From Eukaryota sp. GEM-RC1 (taxonomy: Eukaryota): a stretch of DNA of 64,000 nt. Location: NCBI GenBank assembly GCA_040285855.1, contig JAUFOQ010000001.1, forward strand, positions 1 to 64,000, read 5' to 3'. The translations under genes and the position numbers were made by a program. Below, piece by piece: positions 13,119 to 25,753 of the stretch (position 1 is its first letter; each line of letters begins with the position of its first letter). Under the pieces are notes generated by a model that was not told where the DNA came from, made no database searches, and saw only the letters and a list, made by a program, of their open reading frames with translations.

Positions 13119-13950
13119 AGACACTTGATAGCTAATACGTTGGAGTCACGTGGAAGCATCTCAACATAGTCTGCATCATCATAAAGTAAGCCTTCATGAG
13201 AAAGGGTTAAATCTTTTTGATGGAAAGATTTGAGATCGTTAAAGATTTGATTGTTTCAACTGGGCGTCGGTCAATAACACGTGACAACATGTCTATACCC
13301 TAACCCTAACCCTAACCCGTGACAACATGTCAGCCCATTGATTGTTTGTACCAGCTACATGTACTATCTCAAAATCGAACTCTGAGAAAATTGGAATCCA
13401 TCGTTTGACAATACGATTCTTTTCTGGAGCAGATATAAGATAAGCAAGGTTCCTATGATCAGTAAAGATCGTCAAGTGCCTACTTAACAGAAAACCTTCT
13501 AAACTAGATTCTGTCAGAATCAAAAGAATGGCATACAGCTCTTTCTGGATAGCTGCCCAATTCTGTTGACTATCATTGAGTAAACGGCTATAAAACGATA
13601 CAGGTCTAACTCTACGTTCTTCTAACGGAGTTCCTGGAGGAGCTGGAGGATTTTCTTCCTGCCAGATCACACCACCAACAGCAATGTCGGATGCATCTGT
13701 GGATATGATAATGTTCTTATCAGTATCAGGTAAGTCTAAAGCCATATGGTTTATAATCTCAGACTTTAGTTGAGTTAATAGAGCATCATGGTCTTTTGTC
13801 CAAACAATTTTCTTGGGTTTACCACGAGTCAGTTTATTGGTTGATGCAGTCAAGTTCGAATAATTCGGAATCCATTCACGAACATAATTCAAAGCACCAA
13901 GTAAACTTCTAACTTCAGGTAAAGTTGAAGGAGCAGGTAACTCAATCAAC
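13119..13950 (-). pseudogene. Ty3/Gypsy pol fragment (RT connection + RNase H) with a telomeric insert at 13294-13317
   Basis: ORF 13293-13949 matches the C-terminal part of ORF 24329-25726, then reads RVRVRV through the TTAGGG insert. Confidence 0.92.
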
Positions 13951-14414
13951 CATCTTTATATTTTAAGATGGTTCGAGCCAACCACTTTTGTGTAAGTGGT
14001 TGGCTTCTCTGTGCTAAGAAGTTCAATTAATGTGTAGTTGACAGACACCCATATACAATGTCCCGTAGAATGTCTCACAATACCCAAACAACTATATTGA
14101 TCAATATTGCCAATATATTGGTATTGGTTTTTCGGTAACCAATCAATACTGGTACATATTTAATGGCAATATTGAATTGGCAATTCAATATTAAAGAGCG
14201 CTGGATACTATACTAAAACTACTGGGACTGTTAAATCACAGTACAGTTGGTTTACAAGGTCATTCACCGGTCATTTAATTTGAGAAGTACTATCAAAATC
14301 AAATCAATGACAGAATGAATACAATCAACGTAAAAAATATGAAAAGACACTTAGATCAGTTAATAGACTTGTTTATTAAGTCAACAAATGTACAAGTAAA
14401 AACCCTCTGTTCAT

Positions 14415-17400
14415 TTACAAAGGCCCTTCACTTTCTTGTAACAAAGGATGTTTCAACTCACTCAAATTTAAAGTATCAGTATTGTACGAAGTTGAAGACC
14501 TGACGCTAAAGTAAATATACTGGCCAATAGCACCCAAAAGTACACAACACAAAGCCAAAACAATATACATTACAAAAGGACTTTCAGGTTGAACATCAGC
14601 CACTTTACATTCAGATCCAGAATATCCAGAAATACAGAAGATACATCTCTTTCCACTCCAAAATCCTCTATCGTCATCACTGAAACAATCACACTGACCT
14701 TCATCATTACAAACTCCATTTCCATTACAAGTTACTTCTGGAGAACAAATCACTGTCGTACAGTTAGAACCTGTATACGAAGGGTGACACTTGTCACAAT
14801 TACCACCAGTCCAGAATCCCCTCTTAGGATCTTCATAACAACTACAGATTCCATCAAGATAACACTCCCCATTACCAGAACAAGTAGTCTCAGCATCACA
14901 ATTGTAAATAACTTCAGATTGAATAACAAATGGACATGCATCAGTGGTTCCTTCAACAGCACAGTACATTCGACCAGTAAGTAAATCTTTTCTCCAAAAG
15001 AAACGAACTGAATTCCCTTACCTCCATAATGATAGTTGATCCGACTAGGTCTATTAGAAGCAAATAGAGAAAGTCCAGATACACAAGACTTGAATTCCTC
15101 AGAGAAAGGTGTAATTGTAACATTCAAGGAAACCATTCTATCGGAAACTGGATCAGTGGTTCTGTAGTTAAAGAACTTCTTCTCATACAACATGACAGAA
15201 GAAGTAAATGGAACTCTAGCAGGAACACGGATAGAAGACCAGAAAGTAAGCCAGTAGAGACAATGGTGGGAATGTCCATTTACAGAAACTAAATAACTTC
15301 CTGAAACAGCACTCTTTTCTCCAGGTTGATCGTCATGTAGTATTTCAAGGTAACCAACTATACCTTCAGGGGGGAATTTCAACAATGTAATCGTAACGAG
15401 ACTTTGAGGGCAGACCAACAGAAGAGACGGAGATTGTAATGGGTGAGGGGGTGCCAGGGCCGTAGAACATGAAAAAATAATCGACATTAGAACCATCTCT
15501 GTTGAATAGGTATATCTGTTCAGGCATTGATGGGGTTAGTTCTCCAAATTGATGCATTCCACTAACTAAGGGAGTAACAAGAGCAACATAGACCTCAAAG
15601 GGATCAGGATTAGCGTTTACAGTAGCAGTGTGGACAAGAGAAAACCACCAGGTTAGTTGCGTCAACTCCCGTTGGTAAAAATCTACATCAACCAAGAGAG
15701 TATTACCAGGGGTAATAAGCCAATCATGTTTTTGCTCAGTAGGATCGATATTCTGATCATGCCTAGATACAAAACACTTCAAGGGAGCTGCAGACTCCAA
15801 GGAAACGATGAGCTTGCTATCAGCACTTGGTTTGGGAAAGGGAGTAGTGAAGAAGAAGCGTTGGCGGTCATGTGGAGCAATGAACCCAAGGTTACGCTGA
15901 TTTGAAGCAATAGGGGGTAATTTCTTAGTGAAAGCGCTGATGGTAAAGGATGAAGGAACTAAACCATGTACTCCAATGTAAACGAACCTCTTTTCTTTAA
16001 GATCTTCCTTAGGGATAATCAACTGTGTGACATTACTAGAAGTAGTACTTGCTCTGTATGAGTGAGTCCATGACAGTGAGGAAGGAAGTTTGTGGTTGAG
16101 ATCAGCAAAAATTTGCAGAGGAAATGTTATATCCATAAAATGCCGTTTTCTGTGAACTATTGAACTGTTAGTAGTGGCAGTGATGACGTAATCAGTCTCC
16201 CAGTTGCCAATATTTAATCTGAAGAAAACTGATTGTTGAGCTTCAATGTTAAATGTAAAAATTTCATCAGTAGATAAACGATGAACAATGTTAATCATTA
16301 TTGGCAGAGTGAAATGAACATAGTCAGTGGGAGGAGATGCAATTGCAGTGTAGAAGTGAATGACGTCACCAGGCCGATGCATTAGACTGTCATCGTCATA
16401 CATCAATCCATCGTCAGACTGAGCATGACTTGACTCCTCAGAGGGAAGCATTTCATGACGAGAACCGTACATTTTTAATCCAGAAAGTTCACTTGGAGGC
16501 AAGAGAACTTGAACACCAACAGCAACGGCTTGGATTCTGATCTCACGTGATAAAACGAAGTAAGTAGGTTTATCAAAACTCTCAGGAACGGGCAGGTAGG
16601 TGATCAAACCAGGTAGAACAACGTGATGGGTTTGGGTGAGGTGAAAAGCGTGCCTTACCAAGTGATTAGGCATAGTAATAGTAGGAGCAACTCCAATGAA
16701 GACCTTGTCCACGTCAGAAAGCGGAGACGGAATTGAGATGATTCCTCCCTTTTCTAGGTATGACACGTCATCGAACTCAATAGCATCAGGTTGAGGGTTC
16801 TCTTCATTAAAAGAAACGTAAACGAAAGAGCTGTCAACGGGCGAGTCTTTGGAGTAGATTGCAGACAAGGGAAGCTTTGAATTTATTTGAAGCTCAAAGT
16901 GAGCGTAACAACCTCGGGAGAGCTCTCCAGTTAGTAGATCCAACTCTTTAACGACTTTGGAGGGTATTGAAGCAGTGATTGAGAAATTGGTGGAGCCTGA
17001 GACGTGGACAGCGAAAAACAGAGGAGACTGTTTAGTGAGACGTATGGAGGTGGTAAACTCCTTTCCAGATACTACTTTGATGGGGTCAGATGTGGTGGGA
17101 CGGCCGTTCTCTTGTGAGTAGTGAATTTTGGTAACGGTTCCAGAGTTGACAGAAATCTTAAGAGAAATATCATCAGTGGAACAAATAGGGATGTAATAAT
17201 AAGATGTGGAAGCTGTGCTACTACTTAGGGTAGTAGGTCTCCCGGAACGTAGAGGAACGGCAGAAATTGCGGTGACAGTGAATGTCCGAGAAGAATCTGG
17301 AGAAATCTCGACATTGGAAACGACACAGATGAAAAGGCTGCCATGTCCCTTTGTTGAAGGTGGAACAGTTACGAGATCGATTCCACTAAACGTGGCATTC

Positions 17401-17615
17401 CAAGGAGCAGGATATTCTTCTAAACCGACTAAAATGGACACAGGATCTGGGAACTCCGTCCAAATAATCGTTTCTTCATCAAAGATCGTATCAATGTAGA
17501 AACATTCTGCCTTTCTTCCCAGCGGAAACTGTGATTCATGGGCAATATTTGATTCCAACCTAAAATGGTAACCAAACACTAACCAGACAAGACACGAGAA
17601 TATAAGAAGACGCAT
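14415..17615 (-). CDS. EGF-repeat type-I surface protein A (~1,070 aa; two probable homopolymer frameshifts near 15370 and 14990)
   Basis: MRLLIFSCLVWLVFG signal peptide, beta-rich ectodomain, two EGF-like repeats (CSGNGEC...GFWTGGNC), TM YIVLALCCVLLGAIGQYIYF, short tail ending LKHPLLQESEGPL. The start at MRLL is inferred; an upstream in-frame ATG exists at 17660. Confidence 0.85.
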
Positions 17616-17663
17616 AGCGTTGATCGAGCAAAATTTTGATTTCAAATTCTTATCGTTCATCAA

Positions 17664-20600
17664 TTCAGTACATTGACTGGAATCAAATGCGAGAACATGT
17701 TAGTGTTTGCAATTCTTCTTGTGTTCAACGGAGACCTATCCAGAGTGTAAGAGAAAAGTAATGACACGTAAGTTCATCACGTGCGTCGTTGAGAATCTGT
17801 TTGACCAACTCTTTTCCTAATTGACTTGACTTGACTTCAGAATCCACTTTAACAGCGACTTTCGGCCTCACCATACCACCATAGCTTATAACCTTTTATT
17901 GCTTATCGTCCTTGAAGACTTTGATTAAGTTCATTGAACATAGTTTCTTTGAACACATTCTACTTGCTTACTGAGAAGTTCAACAGCTCTTTCCAGAGGA
18001 TTTCTGAGTACTACTAAACCGGTTTACCTTAGAAAGAATCAAAAGTTCGCAACCTCACTTTGCCAATCTCGTTATATCACACTGATTTACTATCGTTGCT
18101 CTAAAACGCCTTTGTCTCCATAAGCGCTTACAACACTCCAGTTTCAGTTTCTTTGTTCTGTCTTTGCGTTCTACCCGTAAAATATAGGTTCTTCGCATGT
18201 TTTTCGTCACACCATCAAACATACTGTAGGTGATCATTAATCATCCTTTTATTTTTTCAGTTGTATAATAGTCCTATGAGAGATGAAGTTTTGATTCTAC
18301 GTCACTTAGTGCTTCTCGACGGTGCACAACACTTCATTCAAGAAAACTTCCTTATTCGAAATTTTTTATATAATTTGCTTAATTAGGGTTAAATGTTAGA
18401 TCCTAATATCCCTATCCTCACTGTGAGAATAGGGTGTGAATTCGCTTACTTTGACTCCCGTCCATTAAGGTCTGAATGGATCAAAGCTTCGATCCCATGA
18501 TTGATGTTTAACACTTCCAATATAAATTTGCTTCATGCTAGTTTTTGATAGAAATGTGCTCACCAGGATAAAGTCGCTATGGACAATTCGACTCTTGTGT
18601 CATTTTCGAGGAAGAATTGTAAAAATCCACAAAAAACTGTAACTGTAACTTAGAAATCACCTTCTAATTGAGAAGGTAATTCATGGTACTGTCGCAATTG
18701 AACAGAAATGTTTCCATTACTCATTTGATTCCTGACTTAATTCAGATAGAATTTACGTTCTTTATAGATATCAACAGTGGTGCTTTACATCAATCCTAAT
18801 CAGGCATAGTTCAGCGGCTTTCGTGTCGTATCCGTACTGATTCCATTGTTAGTAGCCTACATTTACATTTGAACAGCTTCGTCTTAATGGTAATGAAGAC
18901 AACGGCATAATGTAACCATGATTAAGTTTGTGTGAACGATAAAACATTGAGAGGGAGAATAAGGTCTGAAACCACATAGCTTTTCTTGGAACACTTCTTT
19001 TGCAAGAGAGAGTGAGTCATCGCTGAACACAGAATGCCTTTGTGATCATAATCGAGACCAACGATAACACCAACCAGTATCAGTAAATGCCGTTCACAAG
19101 CGAGAATGTTGCAAAGGTCTGGAGTTCATTGGAAAAGAGAGACATTGAGTATGAGTCATCTGACGTGGAAAAAGCGAAGAAATGAATCAAGGAGTCGTAA
19201 AGTGGTCGCTGAAGTGTAAATGAACACAAAATGGGAGAATGACAATGAAGATTTTGCTTTCTTGTCGCTTCATCCAATGACGTGTCACTTTAAACGTTTA
19301 CATGCGATTATCGTTCCAGCTTCTTGTCAGAATGGAAACAGAACATCATTCGAAAACACAGCTACATGTACCAATGTCAAATGGATCCTTTTGCACGTTT
19401 TTTCATGAATGATTTGTCATAGTATGTAACTAGATCTCGGTTCATTACATGAAATTATGGAAAATTTGGATGTATTAATCTGAATCAGGACACTACAGTT
19501 ACACCTTGATGATATATAACAATGATTCGGTATAGATTGAGTGTTTACTTTGTCGTTATACCATGTTTATATTTCATACATTGGCACGACTTCATACCGT
19601 TTTGGTAGTATTGTGAAGGTTAAGGTTCATTATATGCAATGTGGCATTCCAGAATCAATTAACATCCTTTCCAAAGACAATATTTCTCTACACTGAATTC
19701 GATGACGAAATGCATCTCGTAGAAATGCAATTGTACACTCAAGAAATCCGTTATTTAAATTATCGTTTTAAGATGTGCAAATTTATTTAAAACATGAGAG
19801 CACTATGCAGTGATGTCCGTAATAGAGTGTTGATAGATCATAGTTGTTTCATCACATAAACTCTTGGTTCTGTGTGACACATAGTAAGACCTTGGAATCG
19901 GATTTTTTATGTCAAATACGATGCCAATCCGATCTGAAAGATCCAGTCGAATTTGACCATTTCTACTTAATGAATTTCATTGAATCTTGAGGTTTCCATT
20001 AAAATGAAGGATGATTAAATTATTCAGATTACTGTAATTGGTTTTAAGATCAATTAGTCAACATTTCAATCTACACTGGATTGACCAATTGGTCTCACGG
20101 TATCTATACACTCTATGTTATCCAGTATGGGATTAAGATTATTAACAAAAAGTTCCGGTGATATTCAATAACAATGAATGTTGCCCTAACACGAGAAGAA
20201 CACAGAACTATATTTTATGGGTACTGCAACAACACAAAGACTAAGCAGTAACAAGAGAAATAGAAACTGGAGTCTAAAGCGCTTGTAGAGAGAGAGCAGT
20301 CGAACAGAAGAGGAAACAGACGTTCAAGCCCAATGATGGCAAAAAAGTGTGAGATAACGAGATTGGGAAAGTGAGGTTGCCAAGTCTGTCTACGGTAAAC
20401 CGGTTTAGTAGTACTCAGAATTCCTTTAGAAAGAGCTGTTGAACTTCTCAGTAAGCAAGTAGAACGTGTTCAAAGAAACTGTGTTCAATGAATTTGATCA
20501 AAATGTTCAAGGACGATAAGCTATAAAAAGCTATAAGCTATGGTGAGGTAGAAAGTCACTGTTAAAGTGGATACTGAAGTCAAGTCAAGTCAATTAGGAA

Positions 20601-20749
20601 AAGAGTTGACCAACCAGATTCTCAACGACGCACGTGATGTGCTTACGTGTCATTCCTTTTGTCCGCACTCTGGATAGTTCTTTGTTGAACACAACAAGAA
20701 TTGCAAACACTTACATGTTCTCGCCTTTGATTCCAGAAGATGTGCTCAA
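17664..20749. promoter_or_regulatory. ~3.1-kb spacer between divergent surface genes A and B; its two ~400-bp ends are homologous inverted repeats (probable promoters)
   Basis: Both ends share GAAGTCAAGTCAAGTCAATTAGGAAAAGAG, CAACGACGCACGTGATG and TTACGTGTCA at the same distance from the ATG. The spacer recurs at 3326-6386 and 41137-44760. Promoter function is inferred. Confidence 0.6.
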
Positions 20750-22575
20750 TTGATGAACGATAAGAATTTGAAATCAAAATTTTGCTCGATCAACGCTATG
20801 CGTCTTCTGCTACTCTCGTGTCTTGTCTTGTTAGTGCTTGGTAACCATCAGAGATTGGAATCAAACATTGCCGTCGAATCAGAGTTTCCGCTGGGAAGAA
20901 AACCAATGTTTTTCTACACTGATACTCACTTTGATGAAGAAACGATAATTTGGACGGAGTTCTCAGATCCTGTGTCCATTTTCGTCAGTTTAGAAGAATA
21001 TCATGTTTCTTGGAATGGCACCTTTAGTGGTATCGATCTTGTCACTATACCACATTCACCAAAGGGACATGGTAGACTTTTCATCTCTGTCGTTTCCAAT
21101 GTCGAGATTTATGTAGAATCTTCTAACTCCTTCAATATCACTGCAATTTCTGCCGTACCTCTTCGTTCCGCGAGACCTACTACCCTAAGTAGTAGCACAG
21201 CTTCCACATCTTATTATTTCATCCCTATTTGTTCCACAGATGATATTTCTCTTAAGATTTCTGTCAACTCTGGAACCGTTACCAAAGTTCACTACTCACA
21301 AGATAACGGTCGTCCCACCACATCTGATCCCATCAAAGTAGTATCTGGAAAGGAGTTTACCACCTCCATACGTCTCACTAAACAGTCTCCTCTGTTTTTC
21401 GCTGTCCACGTCTCAGGCTCCACCAATTTCTCAATCACTGCTTCAATACCATCCAAAGTCGTTAAAGAGTTTGATCTACTAATTGGAGAGCTCTCCCGAG
21501 GTTGTTACGCTCACTTTGAGCTTCAGGTGAAGAATGATTCAAACCTTCCCTTATCTGCCATCTACTCTAATCACTGGCGCCTTGACAGTTCTTTCGTTTA
21601 CGTTTCTTTTAATGAAGAGAACCCTCAACCTGATGCTATTGAGTTCGATGACGTGTCATACCTAGAAAAGGGAGGAATCATCTCAATTCCATCTCCGCTT
21701 TCTGACGTGGACAAGGTCTTCATTGGAGTTGCTCCTACTATTACTATGCCTAATCACTTGGTAAGGCACGCTTTTCACCTCACCCAAACCCATCACGTTG
21801 TTCTACCTGGTTTGATCACCTACCTGCCCGTTCCTGAGAGTTTTGATAAACCTACTTACTTCGTTTTATCACGTGAGATCAGAATCCAAGCCGTTGCTGT
21901 TGGTGTTCAAGTTCTCTTGCCTCCAAGTGAACTTTCTGGATTAAAAATGTACGGTTCTCGTCATGAAATGCTTCCCTCTGAGGAGTCAAGTCATGCTCAG
22001 TCTGACGATGGATTGATGTATGACGATGACAGTCTAATGCATCGGCCTGGTGACGTCATTCACTTCTACACTGCAATTGCATCTCCTCCCACTGACTATG
22101 TTCATTTCACTCTGCCAATAATGATTAACATTGTTCATCGTTTATCTACGGATGAAATTTTTACATTTAACATTGAAGCTCAACAATCAGTTTTCTTCAG
22201 ATTAAATATTGGCAACTGGGAGACTGATTACGTCATCACTGCCACTTCTAACAGTTCAATAGTTCACAGAAAACGGCATTTAATGGATATAACATTTCCT
22301 CTGCAAATTTTTGCTGATCTCAACCACAAACTTCCTTCCTCACTGTCATGGACTCACTCATACAGAGCAAGTACTACTTCTAGTAATGTCACACAGTTGG
22401 TTATCCCTAAGGAAGATCTTAAAGAAAAGAGGTTCGTTTACATTGGAGTACATGGTTTAGTTCCTTCATCCTTTACCATCAGCGCTTTCACTAAGAAATT
22501 ACCCCCTATTGCTTCAAATCAGCGTAACATTGGGTTCATTGCTCCACATGACCGCCAACGCTTCTTCTTCACTAC

Positions 22576-22666
22576 TGATACCGTTTGGCTACAAAGGGTA
22601 GGGAAAAGATGTTTATAAATAAAATAATATGATCTTGTAACACTTCACTAACACCTGTGGCTAACA
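22576..22666 (-). repeat. 3' LTR (91 bp)
   Basis: Direct repeat of 28019-28109; adjacent to the PPT. Confidence 0.95.
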
Positions 22667-24328
22667 TTACCTCTTCTCTTCTTTCGAGCTCCTAGTTCTC
22701 TTTGCTACAGGTGTCTTAACTTTGGAAGACGTCTTAGGAGTACTCTTACTACCGGAGGTACGTTTAAGCTTAGTGTTGTTATTACTAGACCTGTTTCTAT
22801 TGTTACGAAATAAATCTAAATTGTCTAATTTTACAAAGTCACTATACGCTTTGGTGTTCTTGATGTCCTTGATGGGAACTGACGAAGTATCACCACCAAA
22901 CCAAAGTACAGTGCAGAATTCACCATCGGTTGTATCAAACCTATCTAGGATCTTAACCACGATGTGTTCTTCAGAATCCCCAGAAGCAATTGCTCTGTGG
23001 AGATCATGATCAGCAGGCAGATCTGATTGAAAGATCTTACATTGATGAATGCTAGTCTTACTAACATATCCAGTGATCAGATTCTTTAATGAAACAGAAG
23101 ATTTTGAATCAACTGAGACAACTAGAAAAGGTCCAGTGTAGTTTCCATGGAGCTTACTAGTTTTGGCGACCTTTAACACAAGATCTCCAATCTTAAATGA
23201 TTGACTAGTGTTAAACTTCTTCTTAGGCTTGAGTACTGATTGACGATCCTCTGCCTCTTCTCTTTTTTTCGTTAAACGTTCTAGTTTCATTTTAATGTCG
23301 TCAATAAACGAAACATTCTTTGTTGATTTCTCAACAGCATCTAGTAAACCACTAGGATCTGCACCAGGACTTATGTCACTACCAAACATCAGTTCGTAAG
23401 GAGTATGCCCAGTTATTGAACTCTTTGTTGCGTTGATCTGCAACTGTACAGTTGGAATGTACGTTGACCAATTGTCATAATCATTGAAGTCCACAAGGAG
23501 ACGACGTAGGCTTTGCAGAACGTCTCTGTGACGTCGTTCCACCAGTCCATTACTCTGGGAGAAATGCGGAATCGAACGACTTACTTCAATCGCCAGTAGG
23601 TTACATATTGCCTCGAAAATAGCATTGGCAAACTCCGTACCATTATCACTATGGATACAAAACGGTATTCCAAAGATAGCAATCACATCCCACACAAGAC
23701 GATATGCTACTTCTCTACTGTTAAGTTCTTCGAGGGGGCTCAAAATGGTGTATCTGGTGAAAGAATCTACAAACACCAATAGGAATTGGTTTCCATTTTG
23801 ATCTTTTGGAAGTGGACCGATTGTGTCGACATTAAGTCTAGCAAAAGGTCTATCAGCCCATAGAGAACCCGTCGATTCAATTATCTTTTTAGGGATAGGT
23901 GCCGTTTTCTGACACGCAGGGCATTGCTGAACATGTTTTATCATGTCAGCTTTCATACTCTGGCCAAAAGTAACCACTATTGAACAACATTTCCAAACTT
24001 CGTTTCTTGTTTGGGTGTCATGACTGGACTAAGCCATGTAGCATGTAAAGAACTTTCTTTATTAAGCTAGATGGAATCAAAATCTTGTTCTTTGAGTTCA
24101 TGTATACATTACTCATTGTACACAAAGTTGAACCATTAAACAGTTGATCTCCTTGTTCTATCGCTTTAGATTGTTCTGACCTAATGGTGGATAACCAAGA
24201 GTCAAATAAAGGAATTTTGTTGTCTGTTGAGAGATTACGAAGACACTTGATAGCTAATACGTTGGAGTCACGTGGAAGCATCTCAACATAGTCTGCATCA
24301 TCATAAAGTAAGCCTTCATGAGAAAGGG
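22667..24328 (-). CDS. Integrase part of pol (HHCC finger, DDE core, degenerate chromodomain-like C-terminus), with an in-frame TGA at 24018-24020 and a frameshift near 23960
   Basis: H(x6)H...CPAC; NVDTIGPLP, HSDNG, NGLVERRH; HIVVKILDR...CTVLWFGG resembles a chromodomain. Confidence 0.88.
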
Positions 24329-25753
24329 TTAAATCTTTTTGATGGAAAGATTTGAGATCGTTAAAGATTTGATTGTTTCAACTGGGCGTCGGTCAATAAC
24401 ACGTGACAACATGTCAGCCCATTGATTGTTTGTACCAGCTACATGTACTATCTCAAAATCGAACTCTGAGAAAATTGGAATCCATCGTTTGACAATACGA
24501 TTCTTTTCTGGAGCAGATATAAGATAAGCAAGGTTCCTATGATCAGTAAAGATCGTCAAGTGCCTACTTAACAGAAAACCTTCTAAACTAGATTCTGTCA
24601 GAATCAAAAGAATGGCATACAGCTCTTTCTGGATAGCTGCCCAATTCTGTTGACTATCATTGAGTAAACGGCTATAAAACGATACAGGTCTAACTCTACG
24701 TTCTTCTAACGGAGTTCCTGGAGGAGCTGGAGGATTTTCTTCCTGCCAGATCACACCACCAACAGCAATGTCGGATGCATCTGTGGATATGATAATGTTC
24801 TTATCAGTATCAGGTAAGTCTAAAGCCATATGGTTTATAATCTCAGACTTTAGTTGAGTTAATAGAGCATCATGGTCTTTTGTCCAAACAATTTTCTTGG
24901 GTTTACCACGAGTCAGTTTATTGGTTGATGCAGTCAAGTTCGAATAATTCGGAATCCATTCACGAACATAATTCAAAGCACCAAGTAAACTTCTAACTTC
25001 AGGTAAAGTTGAAGGAGCAGGTAACTCAATCAACGCCGAAACTCTTTTATCATCTATGCAACGGGTTTTATTACAAAAGTTGCTGCCCAGAATCTTATTA
25101 GGATGTCTAGAAGTGGTGAACCTACACTTCTTCAATCCAATCCGTACTCTAAAACGTTCTGCTCGTTCCAGTACTAGATTTATTCTTGAAATAAACTCTT
25201 CAAAGGTATTGCCTACAACAATTATATCATCAATATAAATGAAAACACCTTCGACATTGAAAATTTCCATCATGATGTTTTGAAAAATTACTGGTACGTT
25301 TTTCAATCCAAAACATGCTCGTTTAAAGCTAATAGACATTCCAGGTATAGACACACTGGTCTTCTCGACATCTTCTTCAGCTACATTTAGCTGCCAGAAT
25401 GCTTTAGGAAGGTCAAGTGTTCCAATGAAATTAGCTTTCGAAAGAAACTCTAGAACATCACAGATCCGTGGTAAATTTGGTTTCACCGGTCTGGTATTAG
25501 CATTAATCCCATCAAGTCCACTGAAATCTCCAGTTAAACGAGGCTTACGGTGATCATTATAAACCACCAAGACTATGGGACTGCTGAACTTACCAGTTGA
25601 TGGTACGGCCCATCCTTGTCGTATAAGTTCATTAAAAATTTCTTCGGCTATACGCTGTTTTTCAGGGTTAAGCCTTCTAGGAGGACGAAATACAGTGACA
25701 CTTTCATCATAGAATGGAATTGTCATGGGTGGACAATCAATACCATCAGGATG
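24329..25753 (-). CDS. Reverse transcriptase-RNase H part of pol
   Basis: SPIVLV, LDLPKAFWQ, FGLKN, YIDD, TDAS, TDH and ADMLSR motifs. The frameshift at ~24335 is 5 T here versus 6 A in the copy at 10819-10824, so it is probably an error. Confidence 0.95.
   Translation of the reverse strand, partial: HPDGIDCPPMTIPFYDESVTVFRPPRRLNPEKQRIAEEIFNELIRQGWAVPSTGKFSSPIVLVVYNDHRKPRLTGDFSGLDGINANTRPVKPNLPRICDVLEFLSKANFIGTLDLPKAFWQLNVAEEDVEKTSVSIPGMSISFKRACFGLKNVPVIFQNIMMEIFNVEGVFIYIDDIIVVGNTFEEFISRINLVLERAERFRVRIGLKKCRFTTSRHPNKILGSNFCNKTRCIDDKRVSALIELPAPSTLPEVRSLLGALNYVREWIPNYSNLTASTNKLTRGKPKKIVWTKDHDALLTQLKSEIINHMALDLPDTDKNIIISTDASDIAVGGVIWQEENPPAPPGTPLEERRVRPVSFYSRLLNDSQQNWAAIQKELYAILLILTESSLEGFLLSRHLTIFTDHRNLAYLISAPEKNRIVKRWIPIFSEFDFEIVHVAGTNNQWADMLSRVIDRRPVETIKSLTISNLSIKKI

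Larger units (their letters stand above)
1..24117. repeat. Giant inverted repeat (arms ~1-12235 and ~12236-24117), folding back inside a telomere-like satellite
   Basis: Position 1 (aatgagtaatgtata...) is the reverse complement of ~24117, and every feature is mirrored (LTR, surface genes, spacer, pol fragment, TTAGGG tracts). The strand switch is at ...ttttagggtta|gtgaccctaag (~12235). Confidence 0.95.

Noticed and set aside
14415..14470. Dileucine sorting signal in the tail (ELKHPLL)
   Set aside because: The spacing does not fit [DE]xxxL[LI] exactly, so it is not asserted.
17664..20749. Short ORFs in the spacer (60-117 aa, repeated in each copy)
   Set aside because: They recur only because the DNA is duplicated; no motifs, and frames vary between copies.
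24320..24345. Programmed frameshift between RNase H and integrase
   Set aside because: The copy at 10819-10824 has one more A and reads through, so a homopolymer error is more likely.
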